Both the position numbers and the translations under genes were made by a program. A model generated the notes under the pieces. The model did not search any database. It was not told the DNA's origin and saw nothing but the letters and a program-made list of their open reading frames with translations. This document shows, piece by piece, positions 21,378-30,784 of a DNA stretch of 64,000 nucleotides (the stretch's first letter is position 1; every line of letters begins with the position of its first letter). Source of the stretch: Nitrospirota bacterium (GTDB lineage Bacteria; Nitrospirota; Thermodesulfovibrionia; Thermodesulfovibrionales; JdFR-88); contig JAJYIR010000006.1 of assembly GCA_021789935.1 (NCBI GenBank), positions 9,271 to 73,270 of the forward strand, written 5' to 3'.

Positions 21378-22535
21378 CTAGATCATCAAGGTCTTCGGGA
21401 TGGCAAACCCGTTGAATTCGGATGCATACGAGATGGTATATGCCCCGCAGGACAGGATGAGCACCACGCTGCCTATCTCCGGCTCCTGGAGCATGACATT
21501 TCTATCTATCACGTCGAAGCCGTCGCAGCTCGGCCCGGCTATCGTCCAGTTCTTTTTGCTGCCTCCCGCGTCTTCTGTTATATAGCAGTATTTTATGCCG
21601 CCTATGCTCTCCATAAGGCCGTTAAAGACGCCAACATCTATATGGAGCCAGTTCTCGTCCCCCCGCTTGGATTTGCCGATGACCTGGCAGGCATAGACGC
21701 CCGCGTCGCCGACCACGCCCCTGCCGGGCTCTATGAAGACATCTATGCCGGAAGGGAAGAGCTCTCTGATCAGCCCGTCGATGTTCTTTTCTATTTCCTC
21801 TATGTCCACGACGTTCTTTGTGTACTTCACGGGGTACCCGCCGCCGATGTTGAGGACCCTCATGTTTATCCCCTTTTGCGCGGCCATGTCCCAGAGGACT
21901 TTTGCCTTGTACAGGGCATTGTCCCAGTTATAAAGGTTTGTGCACTGGGAACCCACATGGAAGGTGATGCCGACGGGATCGAGCCCCTTTTGGGCGGCAT
22001 AGGATATAAGGGAGATGCCGTCATCTATCTCCACACCGAACTTCTTGCTGAGGGGCCATTCGCTTCCCTCGTTGGGCACAGAAAGCCTGACGTAAACCTT
22101 GGCGTCAGGCACTATGGCCGCGATCTTGTCCACCTCGTCCTTGGAATCGTACGCATAGTATTTTATGCCGTATTCGGCCGCGCGCCTGAGGAACTTGAAT
22201 GTCTTTACGGGGTTGCTTGTGATTATCCTGTCCGCCGCAACGCCCACTCTGGCCAGCGGCTCAAGCTCCCCATCACTTGCTATCTCGAAGCTCAGTCCCA
22301 TGTGGTCCAGAAGCTCTATTACTCCGGGCGCGGCGTTCGCCTTTACCGCATAAAAGACCCGGGAATTCCTTATGTTCTTCCCGATGGCATTTGCCTTTTT
22401 CCTGAGCCGCTCAGTGTCCATGAGCAGCGCCGGAAGCTCTACGTCGTTGGCATCCAGGAAAGAGAGGAAGTTAAGGAGTGACGCTTTTGATATCAGCTCT
22501 CTGTGGAAGGGTTCTATCTTGAAGATTCTTGTCAT
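21378..22535 (-). CDS. PLP-dependent group IV decarboxylase (ornithine/lysine decarboxylase-like)
   Basis: 385 aa with the PLP-Lys motif YAVKAN, plus GGGYP, EPGRGVV and CDGFD. In an operon with speE. Substrate cannot be assigned from sequence alone. Confidence 0.8.
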   Translation of the reverse strand: MTRIFKIEPFHRELISKASLLNFLSFLDANDVELPALLMDTERLRKKANAIGKNIRNSRVFYAVKANAAPGVIELLDHMGLSFEIASDGELEPLARVGVAADRIITSNPVKTFKFLRRAAEYGIKYYAYDSKDEVDKIAAIVPDAKVYVRLSVPNEGSEWPLSKKFGVEIDDGISLISYAAQKGLDPVGITFHVGSQCTNLYNWDNALYKAKVLWDMAAQKGINMRVLNIGGGYPVKYTKNVVDIEEIEKNIDGLIRELFPSGIDVFIEPGRGVVGDAGVYACQVIGKSKRGDENWLHIDVGVFNGLMESIGGIKYCYITEDAGGSKKNWTIAGPSCDGFDVIDRNVMLQEPEIGSVVLILSCGAYTISYASEFNGFAIPKTLMI

Positions 22536-22648
22536 AAAAAATAGACCTCACAAAAAATGAGATTTTTTTAATTTACGGATTTTCTCACCCGCCAGCTTAT
22601 TATACCCCGGCCGGGGTTTATTGCACCCGGGCCGTCCCCGTTTCCCCG

Positions 22649-24475
22649 CTATTGCCGCGCTTCGGCTTCCTGCCGCTTGGGGCGTTTCTGGTGGTCCAGG
22701 ACTTTCTTCCTGAGCCTGATGGATGCGGGCGTGACCTCCACCAGTTCGTCCTCTTTTATGAACTCCATTGCCAGTTCCAGGGAAAGGACCCTCGGAGGAA
22801 CAAGCCTGAGGGCCTCATCGGCATTGGACGCCCTCATATTTGTGAGTTTTTTCTCTTTCGTGACGTTTACGTCTATGTCTACCTCACGCGAGTTCTCCCC
22901 TACTATCATGCCTTCGTAGACCTGCACTCCGTCGCTTATGAAGAGCGTGCCCCTGGGCTGCAGATGGAAAAGGGCGTACGCGGTGGAAGGGCCTTTCCTG
23001 TCAGCCACGAGCGCCCCGGTCTGCCGCTTGGACATGGGGCCCTGCCACGGCTCGTACCCCATGAATATATGGTTCAGAAGGCCTGTCCCTTTTGTGTCTA
23101 TAAGGAACTGCGAGCGAAATCCTATCAGCCCCCTCGAAGGTATCTGGTACTCCAGCCTCACCCTTCCGTGGTTATTGTTTTGCATCTTGAGCATCTTTCC
23201 CTTCCTGGTGCCCATCTGCTGGGTTATGACGCCCACATGCTCCTCCGGGATGTCTATGACCAGGTGCTCCATAGGCTCCTTCAAAACACCGTCTTCCTTC
23301 TTTGTGATTATCTCCGGCATCGAGACCGAAAGCTCATAGCCCTCGCGCCTCATCATCTCGATAAGGATGGCAAGCTGCAGCTCTCCCCGGCCCATAACCG
23401 TAAAGGAATCCGTATTGCTGAAATCCACACGAATGCTCACATTGTAAAGGAGTTCCTTTTCAAGCCGCTCCCGCAGGTGCCTGGAGGTGACGAATTTACC
23501 TTCCTTGCCCGCAAACGGCGACGAGTTTATGGAAAAGACCATGGAGATGGTGGGCTCGTCCACCGCGATCCTGGGCAGGGCCACCGGGTTGTCCGGGTAT
23601 GTTATGGTGTCCCCTATGTTTATTCCTTCGACCCCGGCAAGCGAGATGATGTCCCCGGCTTTTGCGGTTTCTATCTGCACCCTTTTGAGCCCCTCGAAGC
23701 CGTACATGGCGGACACCCTGGTGTTCTTCAACTCCCCGTTCTTGCCTATTATGGTCACAGGATTGCCGTACTCCAGGTGCCCCGCGAATATCCTGCCTAT
23801 CGCCAGCCTGCCCTGGTAGTCGTCGTAATCTATATTTGTGACCAGGAGTTGAAGCGGAGCGTCTTCGGAGTATTCGATGACCGGGATGTGCGTGATTATA
23901 AGGTCGAAAAGGGGCCTCAAGTCCTGCGGGGGGACACTCAGGTCCGTTGTTGCCAGCCCCTCCTTCGCGTTTGTGTAAACTATGGGGAAATCGAGCTGGC
24001 TTTCCTCCGCGTCCAGGTCTATAAAAAGGTCGTAGACCTCGTTCAGGACCTCCTGGATGCGCGCGTCCGGCCTGTCTATCTTGTTTATGACCAGGATGGG
24101 CGTAAGCTTAAGCTCAAGGGCCTTTCTCAGGACGAATCTGGTCTGTGGAAGCGGCCCCTCAGAGGAGTCCACGAGAAGAAGGACGCCGTCCACCATCTTG
24201 AGCGTGCGCTCCACTTCGCCGCCAAAGTCGGCGTGGCCAGGGGTGTCCACTATGTTTATGTTGCACCCTTTATATTTTACGGCCGTATTCTTGGCCATTA
24301 TGGTGATGCCCTTCTCGCGCTCCAGGTCTATGCTGTCCATCACGCGCTCTTCCACCTGCTGGTTGGCCCGGAAGATGCCGGACTGGTGAAGCATGGCGTC
24401 CACAAGAGTGGTCTTCCCGTGGTCGACATGGGCTATTATGGCAATGTTACGAAGATCGTCTCTCTTTAGTTTCAT
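22649..24475 (-). CDS. typA: Translational GTPase TypA/BipA
   Basis: 608 aa with G1 [10 protein letters not shown]3 DTPGHADF and G4 NKID, and EF-G-like domains. Confidence 0.95.
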   Translation of the reverse strand: MKLKRDDLRNIAIIAHVDHGKTTLVDAMLHQSGIFRANQQVEERVMDSIDLEREKGITIMAKNTAVKYKGCNINIVDTPGHADFGGEVERTLKMVDGVLLLVDSSEGPLPQTRFVLRKALELKLTPILVINKIDRPDARIQEVLNEVYDLFIDLDAEESQLDFPIVYTNAKEGLATTDLSVPPQDLRPLFDLIITHIPVIEYSEDAPLQLLVTNIDYDDYQGRLAIGRIFAGHLEYGNPVTIIGKNGELKNTRVSAMYGFEGLKRVQIETAKAGDIISLAGVEGINIGDTITYPDNPVALPRIAVDEPTISMVFSINSSPFAGKEGKFVTSRHLRERLEKELLYNVSIRVDFSNTDSFTVMGRGELQLAILIEMMRREGYELSVSMPEIITKKEDGVLKEPMEHLVIDIPEEHVGVITQQMGTRKGKMLKMQNNNHGRVRLEYQIPSRGLIGFRSQFLIDTKGTGLLNHIFMGYEPWQGPMSKRQTGALVADRKGPSTAYALFHLQPRGTLFISDGVQVYEGMIVGENSREVDIDVNVTKEKKLTNMRASNADEALRLVPPRVLSLELAMEFIKEDELVEVTPASIRLRKKVLDHQKRPKRQEAEARQ

Positions 24476-24686
24476 CTGTAAAACCCCGCCTTTTTTCGGA
24501 TTAGCTTATTAGTATAACCTGAAACGGCAGAAAAACGGGAACACTGCCAATTCAAACTGGCCACTGCCAAAACCATGGGCAAAAAACCTCGGCGGGCACG
24601 CCGCGGCCTCCATTTACAGTGATCAGCGCTAACGTGTAAAATACCATGTGCTTAAAATCAAAGATTTTCCCGAAGGGTGCTAAGCA

Positions 24687-26072
24687 ATGATATCCAGATA
24701 CACAAGGCCCGCGATGGGACGCCTGTGGACGCTAGAGAGCAAATATGAAAAATGGCTTGAAGTTGAGATCGCCGCATGCGAGGCATGGGCGGCAAAGGGC
24801 CGCATTCCAGCCGGGACACTCAAGGAGATAAAGCAGAAGGCCGGTTTCGATTCCGCCAGGATAGAAGAGATTGAGGCCAGCGTAAAGCACGATGTCATAG
24901 CATTTCTTACGAGCGTGGCCGAAAAGGTGGGGCCGGCTTCCAGGTACATACACATGGGACTTACGTCTTCGGATGTGGCCGACACCGCCCTTGCCCTCCA
25001 GATGAGGGGCGCCTCGGACATCATAATCAAGGACATCAGGGACCTTCTTGCGGTCCTGAAAAAACAGGCCCTTGCCCATAAAAATACTGTCTGCATGGGC
25101 AGAAGCCATGGCGTGCACGCGGAGCCCATGACCCTCGGCCTCAAATTCGCCCTCTGGCATGAGGACATGCGCAGGAACCTGGACAGGCTCAAAGAGGCCA
25201 GGCTGGCAATAAGCGTGGGGAAGCTCTCCGGGGCCGTCGGGACGTTTTCGAACATCCCGCCGGAGATAGAAGAAAACGTATGCAAGCGGCTGGGTCTTAA
25301 GCCGGAACCTGTGGCCACGCAGGTCATCCAGAGGGACAGGCACGCGCAGTACCTGCTTACCCTGGCCCTTGTTGCGGCCGGAATAGAAAAGATCGCCATT
25401 GAGATAAGGCACCTGCAGCGCACCGAGGTCATGGAGGCGGAAGAGCCCTTTACCAAGGGCCAGAAAGGCTCCTCCGCGATGCCCCACAAAAGAAACCCTA
25501 TCGGGGCCGAAAACCTTTCCGGGCTGGCCAGGATCGTGCGTTCAAACGCCGTCGCCGCCCTGGAGGACATCGCGCTCTGGCATGAAAGGGACATCTCGCA
25601 CTCATCCGTGGAGCGGGTCATAGTACCGGACAGCTCCATACTGACGGATTATATGCTTGCAAGGCTAACCGGCCTGCTCGACGGTCTGCTCGTTTACCCG
25701 GAGAGGATGAAGGCCAATATGGAGCGCAGCCACGGGCTTTACAATTCTCAGCGCGTACTTCTGGCCCTCACCCGGGAGGGGATGTCACGCGAGGACGCTT
25801 ACAGGCTTGTGCAGAAAAACGCAATGAAAAGCTGGAAAAATGGTGAAAGTTTCCTTCAACTCCTTCTTTCGGACAAAGAAGTGGCCGGGCGCCTGGGGCG
25901 AGCCGGACTCAAGGGGCTCTTCTCCATGGGGCCTTACCTGCAGAACGTGGACTATATATTCGGCAGGGTCTTCCACGGCCGTGACGCTTTAACAAAAACA
26001 AAAAAATCCCCTACTGGGAGGGGCGCGGGAGCCGGCAAGCGCAATATCAGGGGAGGCGGGAGAAAAGATTGA
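24687..26072 (+). CDS. purB: Adenylosuccinate lyase
   Basis: 461 aa with the fumarate-lyase signature GSSAMPHKRNP. The Gly/Arg/Lys-rich last 30 or so residues extend beyond the usual PurB end. Confidence 0.93.
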   Translation: MISRYTRPAMGRLWTLESKYEKWLEVEIAACEAWAAKGRIPAGTLKEIKQKAGFDSARIEEIEASVKHDVIAFLTSVAEKVGPASRYIHMGLTSSDVADTALALQMRGASDIIIKDIRDLLAVLKKQALAHKNTVCMGRSHGVHAEPMTLGLKFALWHEDMRRNLDRLKEARLAISVGKLSGAVGTFSNIPPEIEENVCKRLGLKPEPVATQVIQRDRHAQYLLTLALVAAGIEKIAIEIRHLQRTEVMEAEEPFTKGQKGSSAMPHKRNPIGAENLSGLARIVRSNAVAALEDIALWHERDISHSSVERVIVPDSSILTDYMLARLTGLLDGLLVYPERMKANMERSHGLYNSQRVLLALTREGMSREDAYRLVQKNAMKSWKNGESFLQLLLSDKEVAGRLGRAGLKGLFSMGPYLQNVDYIFGRVFHGRDALTKTKKSPTGRGAGAGKRNIRGGGRKD

Positions 26073-26314
26073 AAGCCAGGGTATTCGTCAGGTTAAAGGA
26101 CTCTGTGCTCGACCCTCAGGGCAAAGCCGTCCTTTCAGGTCTTCAGGGGCTGGGAGCCGAGGGGCTTTCCGATGTACGCGTGGGGAAGCTCATAGAGATT
26201 ACGTTCGCACCGGGGATGAAAGCGGAAGATGCCGGTCCCGCCGTCAGGCAGATGTGCGAAAAACTGCTTGCAAACCCGGTGATAGAGGAATGGAGCTACG
26301 AGATTACAGACTGA
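26069..26314 (+). CDS. purS: Phosphoribosylformylglycinamidine synthase subunit PurS
   Basis: 81 aa. TTG start preceded by ggggaggcgggag. Overlaps purB by 4 nt. PurS-like sequence KDSVLDPQGKAV. Confidence 0.85.
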   Translation: MKARVFVRLKDSVLDPQGKAVLSGLQGLGAEGLSDVRVGKLIEITFAPGMKAEDAGPAVRQMCEKLLANPVIEEWSYEITD

Positions 26315-26403
26315 TCCCGTATGCTGAAAACAGGGTCTTCGCGCCGGGGAAAAATGTTTTTTCTTTTTTTTCAATTTTTTCAAACCTTTTGTGACGTGTT
26401 TCA

Positions 26404-26433
26404 TTGACAATATATCAATGATTTATTTATATT
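26404..26433 (+). promoter_or_regulatory. Putative sigma70 promoter of the pil operon, very close to the pilB ATG
   Basis: TTGACA (26404-26409), 17-18 nt spacer, TTATAT/TATATT (26427-26433). The ATG is at 26442 with no SD in between. Confidence 0.45.
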
Positions 26434-26441
26434 TTTAGGCA

Positions 26442-28268
26442 ATGTCTACGACTACAAAGCTGGGCCAGCTGCTCCTTTCTTTTCAGGTAGTGACCGAGGA
26501 ACAACTCAAACAGGCCCTGGCCCTCCAAAGGCGCGAGGGGATCAGACTGGGCAGTGCTCTCATCCACCTTGGCTACATCACTGAGGCAGACCTTCTCAAC
26601 TTCCTGAGCAGGCAATACGGCATATCGGCTATAAAAATGGCTGAGACAAAGATAGACCCGGCCATAATCAAGCTTATCCCGGCAGAGATGGCAAAAAAAT
26701 ACCAGATCGTTCCCGTCTTGAGGGTGGGGGCCACCCTCACCATCGCAAGCGCCGACCCCTCGAACGTCTTCGCCATAGACGATGTGAAATTCATGACCGG
26801 CTACAATGTGGAGGTAGTGCTTGCAGGGGAAACCGATATTTCATCCGCTATCGCCGGTTATTACGGCGGGGGAAATGGAAAACAGGCGGAAAAAACGGCC
26901 GCCAGCGCCCAAAACGCCTCGAAGATACTTGAAGCAAAGGATTTCGTCCTGAATGAGAAAGAGTCCGCTGACGACGGCGAGGGAGAGGTGCCGCTCGATG
27001 CCATGGTGGATGTGGATGAGTTCGACAAAGTGGTCGGAAGCGCTCTGGACGACATCGAGGCGGTGGAAGAAAAGGAAGACACGGATGTAATCAAGGACGT
27101 CGAGGCCCCCATTGTCAAACTGGCCAACGGCATTCTGGTAAACGCGATAAAGGCACGGGCCAGCGACATCCACATAGAGCCTTATGAAACGGCCCTTCGC
27201 GTGCGCTACCGTGTTGACGGCGTGCTCTATACGGTCATGAACCTCCCGCTGAAAATAAAAGCCGCCCTTACGTCCAGGCTCAAGATAATGTCAAAGCTGG
27301 ACATCGCCGAAAGAAGGCTTCCCCAGGATGGCAGGATAAAACTGAAACTCGGGAAAAAAAGGGAGATAGATTTCCGCGTATCGGTGCTGCCGTGTCTTTT
27401 CGGTGAAAAAACGGTTTTGAGGCTCCTGGACAAGTCCAACCTGCAGGTGGATCTTACCCGGCTGGGGTTTGACGAAAAAGCGTTAGGGGATTTCATGACA
27501 GCGCTGGATAAACCCTACGGCATGATACTTGTCACCGGCCCGACCGGCAGCGGAAAGACCACAACCCTGTATTCTGCCCTGAATTACCTGAACAAGCCGG
27601 GGACCAACATAATGACGGCAGAGGACCCGGTGGAGTACAATTTCATCGGGATTAACCAGGTGCATGTCCGGGAAGACATCGGGCTTACTTTCGCATCCGC
27701 CCTCAGGGCCTTTTTAAGACAGGACCCTGACATAATAATGGTGGGCGAGATAAGGGATTTTGAAACGGCCGAGATCGGCGTAAAGGCCGCGCTCACCGGC
27801 CATTTGGTCTTAAGCACGATCCACACGAATGACGCTCCCGGGACCATAAACAGGCTCCTCAACATGGGGATCGAACCTTTCCTTGTCTCCAGCTCGGTTA
27901 TGCTTATCCTTGCCCAGAGGCTGGCCAGGAGGATCTGCACACAATGCAAGGAGGAGGAGAAGGCGCCGCGGCAGGCCCTGCTCAAAGTGGGCTTCCAGGA
28001 GGACCAGGTGGAGGGGCTCAAGGTCTATAAGGGAAAGGGATGTCCGGCCTGCAACGGGACAGGATTTAAGGGAAGGGTCGCCCTCTATGAGGTCATGCCC
28101 GTGGGAGATGAGATGAAGCAGCTCATCCTGGAGGGGGCGTCCACCGACGATATAAAAAAGATGGCCGTCAACACAGGCATGAGGACCCTGCGCATGAGCG
28201 GGCTGTCCAAGGCACGGGAAGGGATCACATCAATAGAAGAGGTCCTGAGGGTCACTTTTGGCGACTAG
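26442..28268 (+). CDS. pilB: Type IV pilus assembly ATPase PilB (GspE family)
   Basis: 608 aa with an N-terminal MshEN/T2SSE_N region, Walker A GPTGSGKTTT and a tetracysteine motif CTQC...CPAC. Confidence 0.9.
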   Translation: MSTTTKLGQLLLSFQVVTEEQLKQALALQRREGIRLGSALIHLGYITEADLLNFLSRQYGISAIKMAETKIDPAIIKLIPAEMAKKYQIVPVLRVGATLTIASADPSNVFAIDDVKFMTGYNVEVVLAGETDISSAIAGYYGGGNGKQAEKTAASAQNASKILEAKDFVLNEKESADDGEGEVPLDAMVDVDEFDKVVGSALDDIEAVEEKEDTDVIKDVEAPIVKLANGILVNAIKARASDIHIEPYETALRVRYRVDGVLYTVMNLPLKIKAALTSRLKIMSKLDIAERRLPQDGRIKLKLGKKREIDFRVSVLPCLFGEKTVLRLLDKSNLQVDLTRLGFDEKALGDFMTALDKPYGMILVTGPTGSGKTTTLYSALNYLNKPGTNIMTAEDPVEYNFIGINQVHVREDIGLTFASALRAFLRQDPDIIMVGEIRDFETAEIGVKAALTGHLVLSTIHTNDAPGTINRLLNMGIEPFLVSSSVMLILAQRLARRICTQCKEEEKAPRQALLKVGFQEDQVEGLKVYKGKGCPACNGTGFKGRVALYEVMPVGDEMKQLILEGASTDDIKKMAVNTGMRTLRMSGLSKAREGITSIEEVLRVTFGD

Positions 28269-28293
28269 CATGCGTCTGAGGAGGTAAAAAAAG

Positions 28294-29382
28294 GTGGTTT
28301 CCTTATATGAGCTTTTAAAAACAATGGTCGACAGGGGGGCCTCCGACCTGCATATTACAACCGGAAGCCCGCCCAGGCTCAGGATAGACGGCAGCCTGGC
28401 GCCCATGACCCAGTTCGAGGCGCTTAACGGGGAGGACACTAAAAGCCTTTGTTACAGCGTGCTTACTGACAACCAGAAGCATCATTTTGAAGAGTCAAGC
28501 GAGCTGGACTTTTCCTTCGGCCTTAAAGGGATCAGCCGTTTCAGGGGGAATATCTTCATGCAGCGGGGGGCCGTGGCGGGAGTTTTCAGGTCCGTGTCCT
28601 TTGCCATGCAGGGCTTCCGCGAACTTGGGCTGCCGGACATACTGATCGAGGTAGCCAGAAAACCCCGCGGGCTTGTCCTGGTGACCGGACCCACGGGATG
28701 CGGCAAGTCCACCACCCTGGCATCCATGGTGGATTTCATAAACTCCGAGCGGCCCTGCCATATAATAACTGTGGAGGACCCCATAGAGTACCTCCACATG
28801 CATAAGAAATCGCTCATAAACCAGAGGGAAGTGAACGCGGACACACTGTCCTTTAAAAACGCCCTCCGGCACATCCTGAGACAGGATCCTGACGTGGTCC
28901 TTGTCGGCGAGATGCGGGACCTGGAGACCATAGAGGCGGCGCTCACCGTCTCGGAAACGGGCCACCTCACGCTGGCCACACTGCACACGAACTCCGCGGT
29001 ACAGTCATTAAACAGGATAATAGACGTGTTCCCCCCGCACCAGCAGGAACAGATCCGGGTGCAGCTCTCTTTCGTACTGGAGGCGATCGTTGCCCAGCAG
29101 CTGATACCGAAAAAAAACGGGACAGGCAGGGTGCTCGCAGTTGAGGTCCTCATACCCACCGCCGCCATAAGAAACCTTATAAGGGAAGATAAGCTGCACC
29201 AGATATATTCCATCATGCAGACAGGGCAGTCGCATTCAGGTATGCAGACAATGAACCAATCCCTTATAGATCTTATGAATAAAAACCTGATCTCACTAGA
29301 AGAAGCTGCAGGACACTCACCCGTTCTGGATGAGTTCCTTGCTGCGGTAAAAAAAGAAAAAGCTCCCAATCCGAGGAGGTAA
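28294..29382 (+). CDS. pilT: Type IV pilus retraction ATPase PilT
   Basis: 362 aa. GTG start about 8 nt after ggagg. Walker A GPTGCGKSTT and the PilT-specific AIRNLIRE motif. Confidence 0.9.
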   Translation: MVSLYELLKTMVDRGASDLHITTGSPPRLRIDGSLAPMTQFEALNGEDTKSLCYSVLTDNQKHHFEESSELDFSFGLKGISRFRGNIFMQRGAVAGVFRSVSFAMQGFRELGLPDILIEVARKPRGLVLVTGPTGCGKSTTLASMVDFINSERPCHIITVEDPIEYLHMHKKSLINQREVNADTLSFKNALRHILRQDPDVVLVGEMRDLETIEAALTVSETGHLTLATLHTNSAVQSLNRIIDVFPPHQQEQIRVQLSFVLEAIVAQQLIPKKNGTGRVLAVEVLIPTAAIRNLIREDKLHQIYSIMQTGQSHSGMQTMNQSLIDLMNKNLISLEEAAGHSPVLDEFLAAVKKEKAPNPRR

Positions 29383-29386
29383 CAGG

Positions 29387-30607
29387 ATGGCTACAGTTTT
29401 TCAGTGGTCCGGAAAGACCAGGGCAGGGGCGATCGAGGCTGGAGAGATAACGGCCGGATCGAAGGAGGAGGTAATAGTCCAGTTAAGAAAAAAGAGCATC
29501 ATTGCCACCTCCGTAACGAAGAAAAAGAAAGAGGCATCGGCGTTAAAACTGCCTTTCGGGCTTGGTGGAAAAGTAAAAGACAAGGACGTGATCATTTTCA
29601 CCAGGCAGTTTTCCACGATGATAGACGCCGGTCTGCCCTTGGTGCAGGCGCTGGACATACTTGCCGGCCAGGCATCCAGCAAGCTATTCGCCTCTGTGAT
29701 CAGAGAGATAAAAAGCGAAGTGGAAGGGGGCTCCACCTATGCCGACGCGCTGAGAAAGCACCCCAGGGTATTCGACGAGCTTTATGTAAACATGGTGGCC
29801 GCCGGCGAGGCTGGCGGCATACTCGATACCGTCCTGACCAGGCTTGCCTCATACATGGAAAGGTCGATCAAGCTGAAAAGGAAGGTCAAGGGCGCAATGA
29901 CCTACCCTATAGTGGTAAGCCTGGTAGCCGTGGCGGTGATAACCGTCATCATGATATATGTGGTGCCCACGTTCTCCCAGATGTTCACTTCACTGGGCGG
30001 CAACCTGCCCACCCCCACAAAGATCGTCGTTGCGATGAGCCATTTCCTGGGAGGCAAAGGCGGCCTTTCCCTGCTTGCGCTTGCGGTGGTCTTGTACATA
30101 GCCTTTTTCCAGTTCAGGAAAACGGCCAGGGGCAGGCTCTTAACGGACGGCATGTTCATAAAGCTCCCTATTTTCGGGATAATCCTTCTCAAAGTGGCAG
30201 TGGCAAAGTTCACCAGGACGCTGGGCACTCTTGTCAGCAGCGGCGTTCCCATACTGGAAGGGCTTGAAATAACGGCCAAGACCGCCGGCAACAAGATGAT
30301 CGAACGCTCGGTGATAAGGGTGAAAGACGCGGTGCAGGAGGGCAAGACGCTCGCCGAGCCGCTTACTGCGGAAAAGGTCTTCCCCAGTATGGTAACCCAG
30401 ATGATCTCCGTCGGCGAGTCCGCAGGCGCCCTGGATTCCATGCTCAGCAAGATAGCCGATTTTTATGATGACGAGGTGGATGCCGCCGTAGCCGGCCTGA
30501 CGTCCATGATTGAACCACTTATGATGGTCTTCCTGGGCGGGGCCGTGGGATTCATAGTTGTCGCTATGTACATGCCCATATTCAAAATAATGCAGCTTGT
30601 ACATTAA
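29387..30607 (+). CDS. pilC: Type IV pilus platform protein PilC (GspF family)
   Basis: 406 aa with two T2SSF repeats and TM helices. Position after pilB-pilT. Confidence 0.9.
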   Translation: MATVFQWSGKTRAGAIEAGEITAGSKEEVIVQLRKKSIIATSVTKKKKEASALKLPFGLGGKVKDKDVIIFTRQFSTMIDAGLPLVQALDILAGQASSKLFASVIREIKSEVEGGSTYADALRKHPRVFDELYVNMVAAGEAGGILDTVLTRLASYMERSIKLKRKVKGAMTYPIVVSLVAVAVITVIMIYVVPTFSQMFTSLGGNLPTPTKIVVAMSHFLGGKGGLSLLALAVVLYIAFFQFRKTARGRLLTDGMFIKLPIFGIILLKVAVAKFTRTLGTLVSSGVPILEGLEITAKTAGNKMIERSVIRVKDAVQEGKTLAEPLTAEKVFPSMVTQMISVGESAGALDSMLSKIADFYDDEVDAAVAGLTSMIEPLMMVFLGGAVGFIVVAMYMPIFKIMQLVH

Positions 30608-30664
30608 AACGCATAGAGAACGAACATGATAACCAATAGATCCCTTGTATCAGATCCGGAAGGG

Positions 30665-30680
30665 ACAAAGGATAGCGAGC
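30665..30680 (+). repeat. Weaker copy 4 of the dispersed motif (ACAAAGGATAGCGAGC)
   Basis: acaaaggatagcgagc in the pilC/pilS spacer shares the GGATAGCGAGC core with copies 1-3. Confidence 0.4.
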
Positions 30681-30784
30681 ACGATCCGGGAGGATGGCTG
30701 AACATGATCGGGTCAAAAAAAGGCTCTTTCATCTGAGGTTCCGAAGGCATCTAAAAAGAGGGAGATACTAAAAAGCTGTATCAG

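Noticed and set aside
22652-24469. A 605-aa plus-strand ORF spanning the whole of typA on the opposite strand
   Set aside because: It is exactly in register with the typA codons, so it stays open simply because typA lacks TTA, CTA and TCA codons. It has a TTG start, no SD, an Arg/His/Val/Leu-rich translation and no recognisable domain. typA itself is unambiguous.
25975-26072. The Gly/Arg/Lys-rich C-terminal extension of PurB, considered as a novel domain
   Set aside because: It is short, low-complexity sequence that coincides with the SD and TTG start region of purS. It is most simply a by-product of the purB-purS overlap.
30626-30736. A 36-codon sORF between pilC and pilS, considered as a candidate minor pilin
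   Set aside because: It has no SD, no class III signal peptide (G/FTLIE) and no hydrophobic N-terminal helix.
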